Notes under the pieces: generated by a model
What the model was told of the DNA's origin: nothing
Seen by the model: the letters and a program-made list of their open reading frames with translations, nothing else
Database searches by the model: none
In this document: positions 12,301 to 35,072 of the stretch, one piece after another
Layout: each line of letters opens with the position of its first letter
Position numbering within the stretch: position 1 is the first letter of the stretch
Program-made: the position numbers and the translations under genes
From: Macrostomum lignano
Lineage: Eukaryota
Length of the DNA: 64,000 bases
Assembly: GCA_002269645.1 (NCBI GenBank)
Contig: NIVC01000301.1
Coordinates: forward strand, 418,460 to 482,459
Direction: 5' to 3'

Positions 12301-15300
12301 TTTGCTATTGCACACTGGTGCTCTAATTATACATATAGCAATAAATGAATGTAGGCTTCAGTACACAAATTTGAAGTTTAGCTTTGCACACATTGCACAC
12401 CAAGAATATGTTAAAATATAATAAATAAGTCCCATATTTGAGTTGGTAGCCATCTAGGAGATGTACGAATTAAACCTGGTTGCCTGGTCAACTGACTCAG
12501 CTAAATAGATATAAGATATACTACTATAGACATGTGACACCTTCCTAAGTGTGGGTAAAGACAAAAAAATTCTTCTTATTTTTAGCTAGTATAATAAGAA
12601 TATAACTTTTAATAAAGTTAATATAGGTTTAAATGATGTATCTTAATATAACAAATTTTCTTTTTTATTTTAAGGCTTATAGTACAAGCACAAAAAAATT
12701 ATTATGCTGAAGCCTATTAGAATACCATTTTAATAGATTCTTTTAAAGTATATAATTTTTTATTTAATATAATATTTTGTTTGGAGTCATAAAATCGTAA
12801 TCAAAGTTGTTATTAATTTTATTTATTAATTAACTATTTTAGGCTGCTTCTGCATGCCTAATTGTGGTTGGCGCCGTGGTCTGGCATGGGGCTGGCAGCA
12901 TTGACAGCATTGCCAAGAGCACTTATGCACTGGTACCCACTGTGATCATTCTCGGCTCTGGCATCTTCCTGTTCCTATTGGGCGTCATTGGCTGCTTTGC
13001 CTGCATTAATGAGAACCGCTGCCTGCTGAGCACCTTCTTCATCCTGCTGCTGCTCATCCTGCTGGGCGAGATCACCGCTGCTACCATGGGCATCGTGTAC
13101 CAGTGAGTCTGGCCCTGCTGTCAGCAACCTATTCACTGACACTTCTACTGTCAGCAACCCTTTCACTGACACTTGCACTGTCAGCAACCCTTTCACTGAC
13201 ACTTCTACTGTCAGCAACCCTTTCACTGACACTTGCACTGTCAGCAAACCTTTCACTGACACTTTTACTGTCAGCAACCCTTTCACTGACACTTGCACTG
13301 TCAGCAACCCTTTCACTGACACTTGCACTGTCAGCAAACCTTTCACTGACACTTTTACTGTCAGCAACCCTTTCACTGACACTTCTACTGTCAGCAACCC
13401 TTTCACTGACACTTCTACTGTCAACAACCCTTTCACTGACACCTACTGTCAGCAACACTTTCACTGACACTTCTACTGTCAGCAGCCCTTTCACTGACAC
13501 TTGTACCGTCAGCAACCCTTTCACTGACACTTGTACCGTCAGCAACCCTTTCACTGACACTTGCACTGTCAGCAAAACTTATCACTGACACTTGCACTAT
13601 CAGCAACCTTTTCACTGACACCTACTGTCAGCAACCCTTTCACTGACACCTACTGTCAGCAACCTTTTCACTGACACTTGTACTGTCAGCAACCCTTTCA
13701 CTGACACCTACTGTCAGCAACACTTTCAATGACACCTACTGTCAGCAACCCTTTCACTGACACTTGCACTGTCAGCAACCCTTTCACTGACACCTACTGT
13801 CAGCAACACTTTCACTGACACTTGTACTGTCAGCAACCCTTTCACTGACACCTACTGTCAGCAACACTTTCAATGACACCTACTGTCAGCAACCCTTTCA
13901 CTGACACTTGCACTGTCAGCAACCCTTTCACTGACACTTGCACTGTCAGCAAAACTTATCACTGACACTTGCACTATCAGCAACCTTTTCACTGACACCT
14001 ACTGTCAGCAACCCTTTCACTGACACCTACTGTCAGCAACCTTTTCACTGACACTTGTACTGTCAGCAACCCTTTCACTGACACCTACTGTCAGCAACAC
14101 TTTCAATGACACTTGCACTGTCAGCAACCCTTTCACTGACGCTTCTACTGTCAGCAACCCTTTCACTGATACTTCTACTGTCAGCAACCCTTTTACTGAT
14201 ACTTGTACTGTCAGCAACCCTTTCACTGACACTTCTACTGTCAGCAACCCTTTCACTGATACTTCTACTGTCAGCAACCCTTTCACTGATACTTGTACTG
14301 TCAGCAACCTTTTCACTGACACTTGTACTGTCAGCAACCCTTTCACTGACACTTCTACTGTCAGCAACCCTTTCACTGATACTTCTACTGTCAGCAACCC
14401 TTTCACTGATACTTGTACTGTCAGCAACCCTTTCACTGACACTTGTACTGTCAGCAACCCTTTCACTGACACTTGTACTGTCAGCAACACTTTCACTGAC
14501 ACTTCTACTGTCAGCAACCCTTTCACTGACACTTGCACTGTCAGCAACCCTTTCACTGACACTTCTACTGTCAGCAACCCTTTCACTGACGCTTCTACTG
14601 TCAGCAACTCTTTCACTGACACTTGCACTGTCAGCAACCCTTTCACTGACGCTTCTACTGTCAGCAACCCTTTCACTGATACTTCTACTGTCAGCAACCC
14701 TTTCACTGATACTTGTACTGTCAGCAACCCTTTCACTGACACTTCTACTGTCAGCAACCCTTTCACTGATACTTCTACTGTCAGCAACCCTTTCACTGAT
14801 ACTTGTACTGTCAGCAACCTTTTCACTGACACTTGTACTGTCAGCAACCCTTTCACTGACACTTCTACTGTCAGCAACCCTTTCACTGATACTTCTACTG
14901 TCAGCAACCCTTTCACTGATACTTGTACTGTCAGCAACCCTTTCACTGACACTTGTACTGTCAGCAACCCTTTCACTGACACTTGTACTGTCAGCAACAC
15001 TTTCACTGACACTTCTACTGTCAGCAACCCTTTCACTGACACTTGCACTGTCAGCAACCCTTTCACTGACACTTCTACTGTCAGCAACCCTTTCACTGAC
15101 GCTTCTACTGTCAGCAACTCTTTCACTGACACTTGCACTGTCAGCAACCCTTTCACTGACACTTCTACTGTCAGCAACCCTTTCACTGACACTTGTACTG
15201 TCAGCAACCCTTTCACTGACACTTCTACTATCAGCAACACTTTTAAGCTAGCATTAGTCATTTAGTTTGGCATTGAAGTGAAAGCTGGCAGTAGGTGTTC

Positions 15301-18300
15301 AAATCTTCAACCCCGTCAGTAGCGGGCGGAATGAAGCCAATGGGTAAGATTAAAAAGTTTATCAGTAGTTGGAGTGTACGCAGGGCAGTCTGCGCGGGCG
15401 ATATTTGAACCTTCTGTCGCCGCCTGTCGGAATAGAGATAGAAATTTCCAGCAATGTGCTGTCACGTTTGAGATAAGCTGCCTCGCTGCAGTTTGCCTGT
15501 GCAACCAGCTAATTATTATCATTGCAATATCAGGTCGAATGCGTCATACCTCTGCTATGCCAATTTATAGTCTGCACGTGCCCGAGTGTAAATATTTTCT
15601 CTTGGCTATTTTTGTACACTTTATACTTCTAAACATAACTGGGCGGTTGGTGCAAGTTATGCAGAAGTTGAACTGTTTGGCATAGAAAGTTTCAAGCGCT
15701 TAGAGGAGTCAGGACTGAAGGCGACATGCGAAAGAGTTTCGCTTTTCAGATCAAAGTTGCATCAGCTCCTCCCTCAGATTGGGATTCCTGCATCAGCTCC
15801 ACCCTCAGATTGGGATTCCTGCCCCAGCTCCTCTCTCAGATTGGGATTCCTGCCCCAGCTCCTCCCTCAGATTGGGATTCCTGCCCTGCCCCAGCTCCTC
15901 CCTCAGATTGGGATTCCTGCCCTGCCCCAGCTCCTTCCTCAGATTGGGATTCCTGCCTCAGCTCCTCCCTCAGATTGGGATTCCTGCCCCAGCTCCTCCC
16001 TCAGATTGGGATTCCTGCCCCAGCTCCTCCCTCAGATTGGGATTCCTGCCCCAGCTCCTCCCTCAGATTGGGATTCCTGCCCTGCCCCAGCTCCTTCCTC
16101 AGATTGGGATTCCTGCCCTGCCCCAGCTCCTCCCTCAGATTGGGATTCCTGCCCTGCCCCAGCTCCTTCCTCAGATTGGGATTCCTGCCTCAGCTCCTCC
16201 CTCAGATTGGGATTCCTGCCCCAGCTCCTCCCTCAGATTGGGATTCCTGCCCCAGCTCCTCCCTCAGATTGGGATTCCTGCCCTGCCCCAGCTCCTTCCT
16301 CAGATTGGGATTCCTGCCTCAGCTCCTCCCTCAGATTGGGATTCCTGCCCCAGCTCCTCCCTCAGATTGGGATTCCTGCCCCAGCTCCACCCTCAGATTG
16401 GGATTCCTGCCCCAGCTCCTCCCTCAGATTGGGATTCCTGCATCAGCTCCTCTCTCAGATTGGGATTCCTGCCCCAGCTCCTCCCTCAGATTGGGATTCC
16501 TGCATCAGCTCCTCTCTCAGATTGGGATTCCTGCCCCAGCTCCTCCCTCAGATTGGGATTCCTGCATCAGCTCCTCTCTCAGATTGGGATTCCTGCCTCA
16601 GCTCCTCCCTCAGATTGGGATTCCTGCATCAGCTCCTCTCTCAGATTGGGATTCCTGCCCCAGCTCCTCCCTCAGATTGGGATTCCTGCCCTGCCCCAGC
16701 TCCTTCCTCAGATTGGGATTCCTGCCCCAGCTCCTCCCTCAGATTGGGATTCCTGCCCCAGCTCCTCCCTCAGATTGGGATTCCTGCATCAGCTCCTCTC
16801 TCAGATTGGGATTCCTGCCTCAGCTCCTTCCTCAGATTGGGATTCCTGCCCCAGCTCCTCCCTCAGATTGGGATTCCTGCCCCAGCTCCTCCCTCAGATT
16901 GGGATTCCTGCATCAGCTCCTCTCTCAGATTGGGATTCCTGCCTCAGCTCCTCCCTCAGATTGGAATTCCTGCATCAGCTCCTCTCTCAGATTGGGATTC
17001 CTGCCCCAGCTCCTCCCTCAGATTGGGATTCCTGCCCTGCCCCAGCTCCACCCTCAGATTGGGATTCCTGCATCAGCTCCACCCTCAGATTGGGATTCCT
17101 GCCTCAGCTTCTCCCTCAGATTGGGATTCCTGCCCCAGCTCCACCCTCAGATTGGGATTCCTGCCCCAGCTCCTCCCTCAGATTGGGATTCCTGCCCCAG
17201 CTCCTCTCTCAGATTGGGATTCCTGCCCCAGCTCCTCCCTCAGATTGGGATTCCTGCCCTGCCCCAGCTCCTTCCTCAGATTGGGATTCCTGCCCCAGCT
17301 CCACCCTCAGATTGGGATTCCTGCCCCAGCTCCTCCCTCAGATTGGGATTCCTGCCCCAGCTCCTCCCTCAGATTGGGATTCCTGCCCCAGCTCCTCTCT
17401 CAGATTGGGATTCCTGCCCCAGCTCCACCCTCAGATTGGGATTCCTGCCCCAGCTCCTCTCTCAGATTGGGATTCCTGCCTCAGCTCCTCCCTCAGATTG
17501 GGATTCCTGCATCAGCTTCTCCCTCAGATTGGGATTCCTGCATCAGCTCCTCTCTCAGATTGGGATTCCTGCATCAGCTCCATCCTCAGATTGGGATTCC
17601 TGCATCAGCTCCACCCTCAGATTGGGATTCCTGCCCCAGCTCCTCCCTCAGATTGGGATTCCTGCCCCAGCTCCTCCCTCAGATTGGGATTCCTGCCCCA
17701 GCTTCTCTCTCAGATTGGGATTCCTGCCCCAGCTCCTCCCTCAGATTGGGATTCCTGCCCTGCCCCAGCTCCTTCCTCAGATTGGGATTCCTGCCCCAGC
17801 TCCTCCCTCAGATTGGGATTTCTGCATCAGCTCCTCCCTCAGATTGGGATTCCTGCATCAGCTCCACCCTCAGATTGGGATTCCTGCCTCAGCTTCTCCC
17901 TCAGATTGGGATTCCTGCATCAGCTCCACCCTCAGATTGGGATTCCTGCCTCAGCTTCTCCCTCAGATTGGGATTCCTGCATCAGCTCCACCCTCAGATT
18001 GCGATTCCTGCATCAGCTCCTCTCTCAGATTGGGATTCCTGCCCCAGCTCCTCCCTCAGATTGGGATTCCTGCCCCAGCTCCTCCCTCAGATTGGGATTC
18101 CTGCATCAGCTCCACCCTCAGATTGCGATTCCTGCATCAGCTCCTCTCTCAGATTGGGATTCCTGCATCAGCTCCATCCTAAGATTGGGATTCCTGCATC
18201 AGCTCCACCCTCAGATTGGGATTCCTGCCCCAGCTCCTCCCTCAGATTGGGATTCCTGCCCCAGCTCCTCCCTCAGATTGGGATTCCTGCCCCAGCTCCT

Positions 18301-18875
18301 CTCTCAGATTGGGATTCCTGCATCAGCTCCACCCTCAGATTGGGATTCCTGCCTCAGCTTCTCCCTCAGATTGGGATGCCTGCATCAGCTACTACTGCCA
18401 GTAAGCAGACACCTGAACCCTGCTCCCCCCCCCCTCCATCAGCGGGCAGGTGCGAAGCGCCATCGACACCGAGCTGAACAAGGAGCTGCAGAGCTACCAC
18501 AACGACTCGCTGCTGAAGTCTGAGGTCGACTTCATCCAGTCCACCTACCAGTGCTGCGGCGTGAACAACTTTACCGACTGGCTGGAGACGCCGTGGTCCC
18601 GGCAGCACAACCTGACGGTGCCGGACTCCTGCTGCCGCGACCACCGCTGCAACGACACGGACCCGACTGTTGATAGCCAAGTGTTCCACAGCGGCTGCCT
18701 GAGCAAGCTCAACTACGACTTCTCTCGATTCCTGGGCCTCATCGCCGCTTTCTCCTTGGTGGTGGCCATCCTGCAGGCCCTCGGTCTGCTGGCCTCCTGC
18801 GTGCTCATGTGCCGGGAGCGGCGCAGCCCGACCTACCAGCGCTTCGGCGAGCAGGAGGGCGGCCGGCACGTGTGA
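9375..18875 (+). CDS. Tetraspanin (TSPAN3-like), 3 coding exons, ~252 aa
   Basis: Exons 9375-9440 (MANDFTKIFSKCILSIIFISLW|gtaagt), 12843-13102 (TM1 end to TM3, GCFACINENRCLL) and 18443-18875 (EC2 with YQCCG, PDSCC and GCL, then TM4, TGA). All introns are GT-AG with consistent phases; total 759 nt. Confidence 0.88.
13118..15240. repeat. 30-bp minisatellite (ACTGTCAGCAACCCTTTCACTGACACTTCT variants), ~70 units, in tetraspanin intron 2
   Basis: Directly visible tandem array with 29-bp and 30-bp variant units. Confidence 0.97.
15760..18395. repeat. 31-bp minisatellite (GCTCCTCCCTCAGATTGGGATTCCTGCCCCA, with 36-bp variants), ~80 units, in tetraspanin intron 2
   Basis: Directly visible tandem array. 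The unit has no stop codon in any plus frame, which explains the three 800-900 aa ORFs. Confidence 0.97.
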
Positions 18876-18934
18876 ATTGCGCATGGAGCTGGCGCGGAGT
18901 GCGACTTGATGTGACGGGACAGCTCTGAGAGTGT

Positions 18935-19525
18935 TTTGGGATTTGAGTTTGTCATATTTGAGTTGGGAAGTTTTTGTAGGATTTGAGTTTGTCATATTTG
19001 AGTTGAGAAGTTTTTGTAGGATTTGAGTTTGTCATCTTTGAGTTGAGAAGTCTTTGTTAGGATTTGAGTTTGTCATCTTTGAGTTGAGAAGTTTTTGTAA
19101 GATTTGAGTTTGTCATATTTGAGTTGAGAAGTCTTTGTTAGGATTTGAGTTTAGAGAAGTCTTTGTTGGGATTTGAGTTTAGAGAAGTCTTTGTTAGGAT
19201 TTGAGTTTAGAGAAGTCTTTGTTGGGATTTGAGTTTAGAGAAGTCTAGGATTTGAGTTTAGATAAGTCTTTGTAGGATTTGAGTTTAGAGAAGTCTTTGT
19301 AGGATTTGAGTTTAGAGAAGTCTTTGTTGGGATTTGAGTTTAGAGAAGTCTTTGTAGGATTTGAGTTTAGAAAGTCTTTGTTGGGATTTGAGTTTAGAAA
19401 GTCTTTGTTGGGATTTGAGTTTAGAGAAGTCTTTGTTGGGATTTGAGTTTAGAGAAGTCTTTGTAGGATTTGAGTTTAGAGAAGTGTTTGTAGGATTTGA
19501 GTTTAGAGAAATCTTTGTTGGGATT
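18935..19525. repeat. GATTTGAGTTT-cored minisatellite (~27-43 bp variable units) downstream of the tetraspanin stop
   Basis: Tandem GATTTGAGTTTAGAGAAGTCTTTGT(T/A)G units. Confidence 0.9.
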
Positions 19526-20874
19526 TGAGTTTACTATCCTTTAATTGAGAAGAAGTATTTGTATATAGGAGCTACCATACTGAGTTGAAACAAAGACTCA
19601 TATAATTTAGGCTTGATGTGTTGTCTTGGTGTTAATTTTTCTCATTCTATCCTGACCTCTTGTACCGCTGTCTGTCTGTCCGCAGCCCAACCTACTCAGA
19701 TATTTAGCTTAGCTCGCAGTTTCCGATCATCCAATCGATTGATGCACCTCTCTGGCCCGGTCGCTTTAGCCACAGTCAAAGCAATCTTTATTTTTTAGAA
19801 CCCCAGCACTGCACAGATTGTTCAAGTTTGTCATACTTGGTGTCCCTGCTGTTGTTACTAATGTTAATATATTATCTATTAATATCTATATGTAATACAC
19901 AATATGTACCAGTCTTCTTATGTTCGAATCTTCTTTAAAAAGTCGTCTGTTATTGTAGCAGGATCTGTGTAAACTTGCTGTCAAATTCAGACATTTGAGC
20001 TGCCTGGGCGTGGCTTGCCTGATCTCCGATTGTGTTCTGCTTTGCGTATTTTTAGTCCCCCCAGCCCCGCCCTTATCCAGACTCTAGCTGGTTCCGCCAG
20101 ACAATACTGAAAACTGTTTTTTTGTTCATTAATGTTTTCCTTTGTTAATTTCTGTTTCAACTCTGCACTTCGATTTTAAAATAAGAAACCGAAATTTTCT
20201 TCATCATTTTTTTATTCGATGTTTGGAAAGTATATATTGTTTTTCGCGATTATTCAGCTACTATCCTATCTAAATTTAGACAGCAAAAATTGCAAATGTG
20301 AAAGTTCTTTTTTGTGGCTTTTTTCTTTTTGAACTGTGCACTGTAGCAGCTAACCCACAGTTGGGAAGTCTTGCTTTCATGTAGGGTTGTGCCATAGACA
20401 AACATTTATGCGGTGGGAACATGGGCTCTGTCAAGGTGAGAAGGCTTCAATATTTGAATTAAAATGGCATCCATCGAACAAAAGAAACTTTTTCTGTCCC
20501 TGACGGGAGCTCGCAAGTCAATACTGTTTGGAAGTTTTGCTGACGTTTCTGAGGCGAAAAGAGTAAGAAAAGAAAGGCATGGAAGGAGATTAGAGCTGCC
20601 ATGGAGTCCGATGGACTGCAGAGCAAGTCTGTTGATTATCTGCGAGGCACGCTGTGGAAAAACATTCGGCTTCCACTTCTCGCTCAACTGCGGGCCAATA
20701 CGATCCACCGGGATCGGGACTGGAATACAGCTAATTAAAGCGCATCAAATAGCGAAATCTCCATTCTTAGCCGCCTCTCGAGGATGCTAAACTTTAGTAG
20801 CACTTAAAGTTGTATCCTTTTAGCTGAACTGCTAAGCTCATGAACCGCAAACCAAGCCTTTTGACCATGGACAT

Positions 20875-21174
20875 CTAAGCTCGTGAAGCCGAAAGCTGCT
20901 GCCTAAGCAGCTTTGCTAAAAAAAACTTTGCTTTGCGAGTGAAATTGTTGTCTTGTGTTGACTCAACGAAGTCCTCAGATGTGAAATGCAGTGAGCAGAT
21001 GCGAGAGTACTTGGTGGGTTCAAAGTCCTTCCTCGGATTCGCCTTGTTCCATTTTTCCAGTAGACTCGGCTTGTTAAGTGGATAACAATGAAACGTCACA
21101 TGAATAGTCCTGTCTGGTGTCGAACTATTAGCGAAGCCACTCCTGCAGCTGAATGCCGAACACTTATTCACCAT
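20875..21174 (-). mobile_element. THAP zinc-finger coding fragment, probably a decayed THAP-bearing DNA transposon (P-element/THAP9 type)
   Basis: MVNKCSAFSC...TFHCYP...LEKW...RKDFEP...RICSLHFTSEDF matches the THAP C2CH pattern. No transposase catalytic domain is seen downstream. Confidence 0.7.
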
Positions 21175-22304
21175 AACGAAGGATATGCTTTCATTATGCA
21201 AAGTCAAATGAAGAAAGTGAGTTTAGTTGTTTTCGATATAAGCCGCAGCAGTTTTTGATAAATGCATATCTATGGAAACAATTGGCCTCATGTGGTAATT
21301 TTTTGCGAGAATTTTTTCGCTTCCAGTCCAGATGCTAAGTATAGAAGTCCATGCATAAATTTGAACAGGGGTTTGTTTCTATTGATTTTCCGTAAGCGTT
21401 TCCGCAGTCTGAATTGAATTTCCGCTAGTTTTTTAGAACTGGACTTTGATCAAAATTGAATGTGAAAAGGTGTAGTTAGCAGTGCTTCATGAAATCGGTC
21501 CCGGGTTCGAATCCGTGCGCGGCCACATTCATTTGGGACTTGTGTACACTTTGACGAGAGTGAATCGAAGTTTCAGTAAGTCTGGACCATAGACTGTTGA
21601 TATGAAGTGGACTTTGTCGAAAATGGAAGTGAAGTTTTTACAATTTTAGACATGTGCCTATCTATGTAGTGCAATTTCGTTTTCCAATTAACATTTCAGT
21701 TTGCTTTGGTGCGAAGCTATCCATACAGAATGGAGATTCTGATCGTACACTGCTTTAATGAACAACTGTATAAATTTGGTACAAATTTGACCACAGGGAA
21801 GCATTTTCTTGAGGTTAGAACTGACCTTCCCTTTCAGTTGTCGATGATGAAAGGGAGTTGGTCTGAAGTGGATGTAGTTTCAGAGATGCTAAACTTGAAG
21901 TGTCGAAGATGAAGTTCCCTTCGTCGAAAGAGGAACTGAGTTTGAATGAAAATGGAGGTAAAATTTAGTAGGAAGAGCAGTCTCAGAATTTTTGACGGGC
22001 GTCAGTCCGCTCATCTCACTCCAAAGCCTGTCTCAGCACCTGGTCCATTAATGCCCCAGACTCTCTGCTCACCTCATCTTTATGGCCTTCTCATTTCTCT
22101 TCGTGAAATTTGAAACTGTGTTTGCCTTGCGCGAACTTGTCGAGCCTCTCTGCATCCAGCTCAATTGAGTTGCTACACACCTCGCCGCCTCCACCATTTT
22201 GTTGTTGCTTTCGCTTCAGCCTTAGCCAGATGCTCAGTTTCTCTAGCCAGCAGCCTCATCACTCGCTAGTATGGGCCGTGAGCTCTGCGCCGGTCTCTAT
22301 TCTC

Positions 22305-22471
<167 letters not shown>

Positions 22472-22855
22472 ATCTGCATTTCAAGCCCGGCGCGGTTGCC
22501 AAGCCAGAAGTTTTTCTATCGGACCCCCTCAGCCTCAACAAGCAGCACTGGCACAGCGGGACTTTGAAAGCATTCTGAGATGGAGGAGAGAGGGGGTGGG
22601 GGTCGGCTTGAGTGCTCCTGAGCTCTGATTTGTGCGGCCACAGCTGGCTGTCAGTAGCCGAGTGCATTAATTATGGCAGCAGCTGCTCATCTGCCTGCGA
22701 TCTCTGCTCTCTATACTTCTTTCATTCTTCGCCCAAATCTGCTGCCGTTTCTTTTGCGTGTTTGCGCCGAAAATCCAGTTCAATTCTCTGCGCTCTGAAA
22801 GCCCCCCGGCCCGCCTCGTCTACAGTGACAGGTCCGCCCTCCTCCCCCCTCCAGC

Positions 22856-32920
<10,065 letters not shown>

Positions 32921-33080
32921 GTCTGGGGAGGAGGAGAACATTGTGCTTGATAGCCTGTACCCGGCTGTGATTTTGAAAGAAAGGGTTTTGGACTTTAACT
33001 GTGGGTTGGATAGTAGATTGGCTGGAACCCATGCTTGATTCTGATTGGCTGGTTTAGTTGACGATTTATTCGCCCGTTGG

Positions 33081-33292
33081 CACCCACTCCACGTCCTCAC
33101 GCAGCCAGCCGGGGTAAGAAGTGAGCGTACAGGATTGAATATCGACACCCACCCCACGCCCTCACGCAGCCAGCCGGGGTAAGAAGTGAGCGTACAGGAT
33201 TGAATATCGACAACCACCCCACGCCCTCGCTTAGCCAGGCTGGGGTATGAATTGAGGGTACAGTATTAATTATCAACAGCCACCCCACGCCT
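33081..33292. repeat. 65-bp tandem repeat, ~3.3 units, just 3' of the coiled-coil gene
   Basis: CACCCACCCCACGCCCTCACGCAGCCAGCCGGGGTAAGAAGTGAGCGTACAGGATTGAATATCGA-type units recur at 33081, 33146 and 33211. Confidence 0.85.
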
Positions 33293-35072
33293 TCAATAAG
33301 CCAATTTCAACTCAGTCCTAGAAGCCCTACCCAAGCTACTAGTTATAGTTTAATCACTGGAATGTGTTTTGAACGGTCAAAGCAGCACAATTGTTCCCTC
33401 GATTTTTGCGCAATTCCGTCCAGAGTCCTGAAAAAAAACTGTATTTTAAAGCGCGCAAAGGCGTACGAACGTATTGTGTGCGGATTACTAAGTACTATGT
33501 TAATTATCTTATTATTAATAAAGGTAGCGATTTTCAGCACTGATCGCACTGATGGCGGGGTCCAGAGACTTCAATGTACTGGTTTTATTTTTATTAAAAC
33601 AGATTAGCTTACCATGTGTGTTTCATTTATCCTCATGCCATGTAGCCTTGTAATTTCCCCGATTAACTGCGTGCTTTTGTGTTTTGTTTTGCTAGCACTA
33701 TGTCCGTTTTTATCAAAGTACAACACGCACTTTTGAAACCTCTCATCCGGGCGCATCTCAAGACCGGCCGAGAAGTGAGCTCGCAGGAGTTGACATCACC
33801 GGCTAAGTTTTTTGTAGCTTTGAAGCAGCGGCGATCGCTGGCTGTGCCTGATCGCGTCGGCGTTGTTAGACTTTATTAGCATTGCTGCTACTAATAGTAA
33901 TACTATTTGTTACATTAAATATATTTTTATACCCGGACTCAGTACCTGCTCCCATCCGATTGCATAGCTACAATTGCGCTACCATCAACTCGGTGCTGGC
34001 ATGCTGTGTCGGAATGATTCCTTTGAAGCTTAAACGGACAACTGAACTAGCAGGTCTCTGTATGTCGGTGCCATGCCAATGAGTATCTCAGACAGAAATG
34101 TATTTGGTTGAATATTTCTAGGGGCCAAAATCATTCGGTACCAAAAGCAAACAAGGCCCTCTTAAACTATCTGTGGGTAAAAGTGCCTGCTGTGAGCACT
34201 GACGCAATCATGTGGAGACTTCATGTGGAGTTTAATTTCATCAGACAATAACACATATTGTATATTAGCTCGTACGATGGTCACAGTGACTGGACAGTCC
34301 AGAGAATGCGACGAAGAATCAGAAGTTCTCAGAAGTGCATTCAGAAGAAACACAGACAAAAAAGGCGGCCCGGCTAAATACCCAATAGTTGCGGGCCAAC
34401 CGCGGCTAACCCTGCTTAACTTGGAGTTAGCTCGCTAAGCTGTGACCACTGAATATACGAGGCAATTAACAGATACCACAATAGGCATCACTCAGCAGTG
34501 CTTTGGTCATTGAGCAGAATGATTATTGGAGCACTATTAGTCATTGAAAACTAATTAGCATAGCAGTAGTATATTTCTAAGATAAAAATCCCTCACTTAT
34601 TAACGCAAAACCTTTCTAGGAAAAGTACGTTACAGTATTTAAACAACAATGAATCTCTAAGCGAGAGAAATTCAAGAACTATAAATATGAGTTTTAATCG
34701 TTAGAAGTGGGGAGAAGGTACGCTCGTAGCAGGCAGTTCAATAGCTGGCGTCTTGGAAGACCGATAGTTATTCGCAGAAAGTTTTAGTAAACAAAGGTAG
34801 GAAAAATTGATAAACAAAATACAAGTATTTGAGCTGAGGAGCTCAAGTCTGATACGTCAGCGGTCTGTAATGCAGAGCAGGTCGAAGGCTACAGCGGTAA
34901 CAATCGTACATGTGAGGCATCGCAATAGCAAGGCAACAGCATAGTGATAGTATACTACAGTAGCAACATCATAGCATAGCAACAGCATAGCAATAGTATA
35001 GAAACAGCATACTTTGGTAGCATCATCATAGGAACAGCTTATAAACATAGAAACATCGCAGCAGCATCACAG

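Noticed and set aside
12975-18523. Very long ORFs (up to 914 aa) on both strands
   Set aside because: They are translations of the 30-bp and 31-bp minisatellites, open in several frames at once, and lie inside a tetraspanin intron.
21465-21530. tRNA-like fragment with GGTTCGAATCC (a similar one lies at ~23285-23338)
   Set aside because: B box only and no convincing cloverleaf; at most a decayed tRNA-derived repeat.
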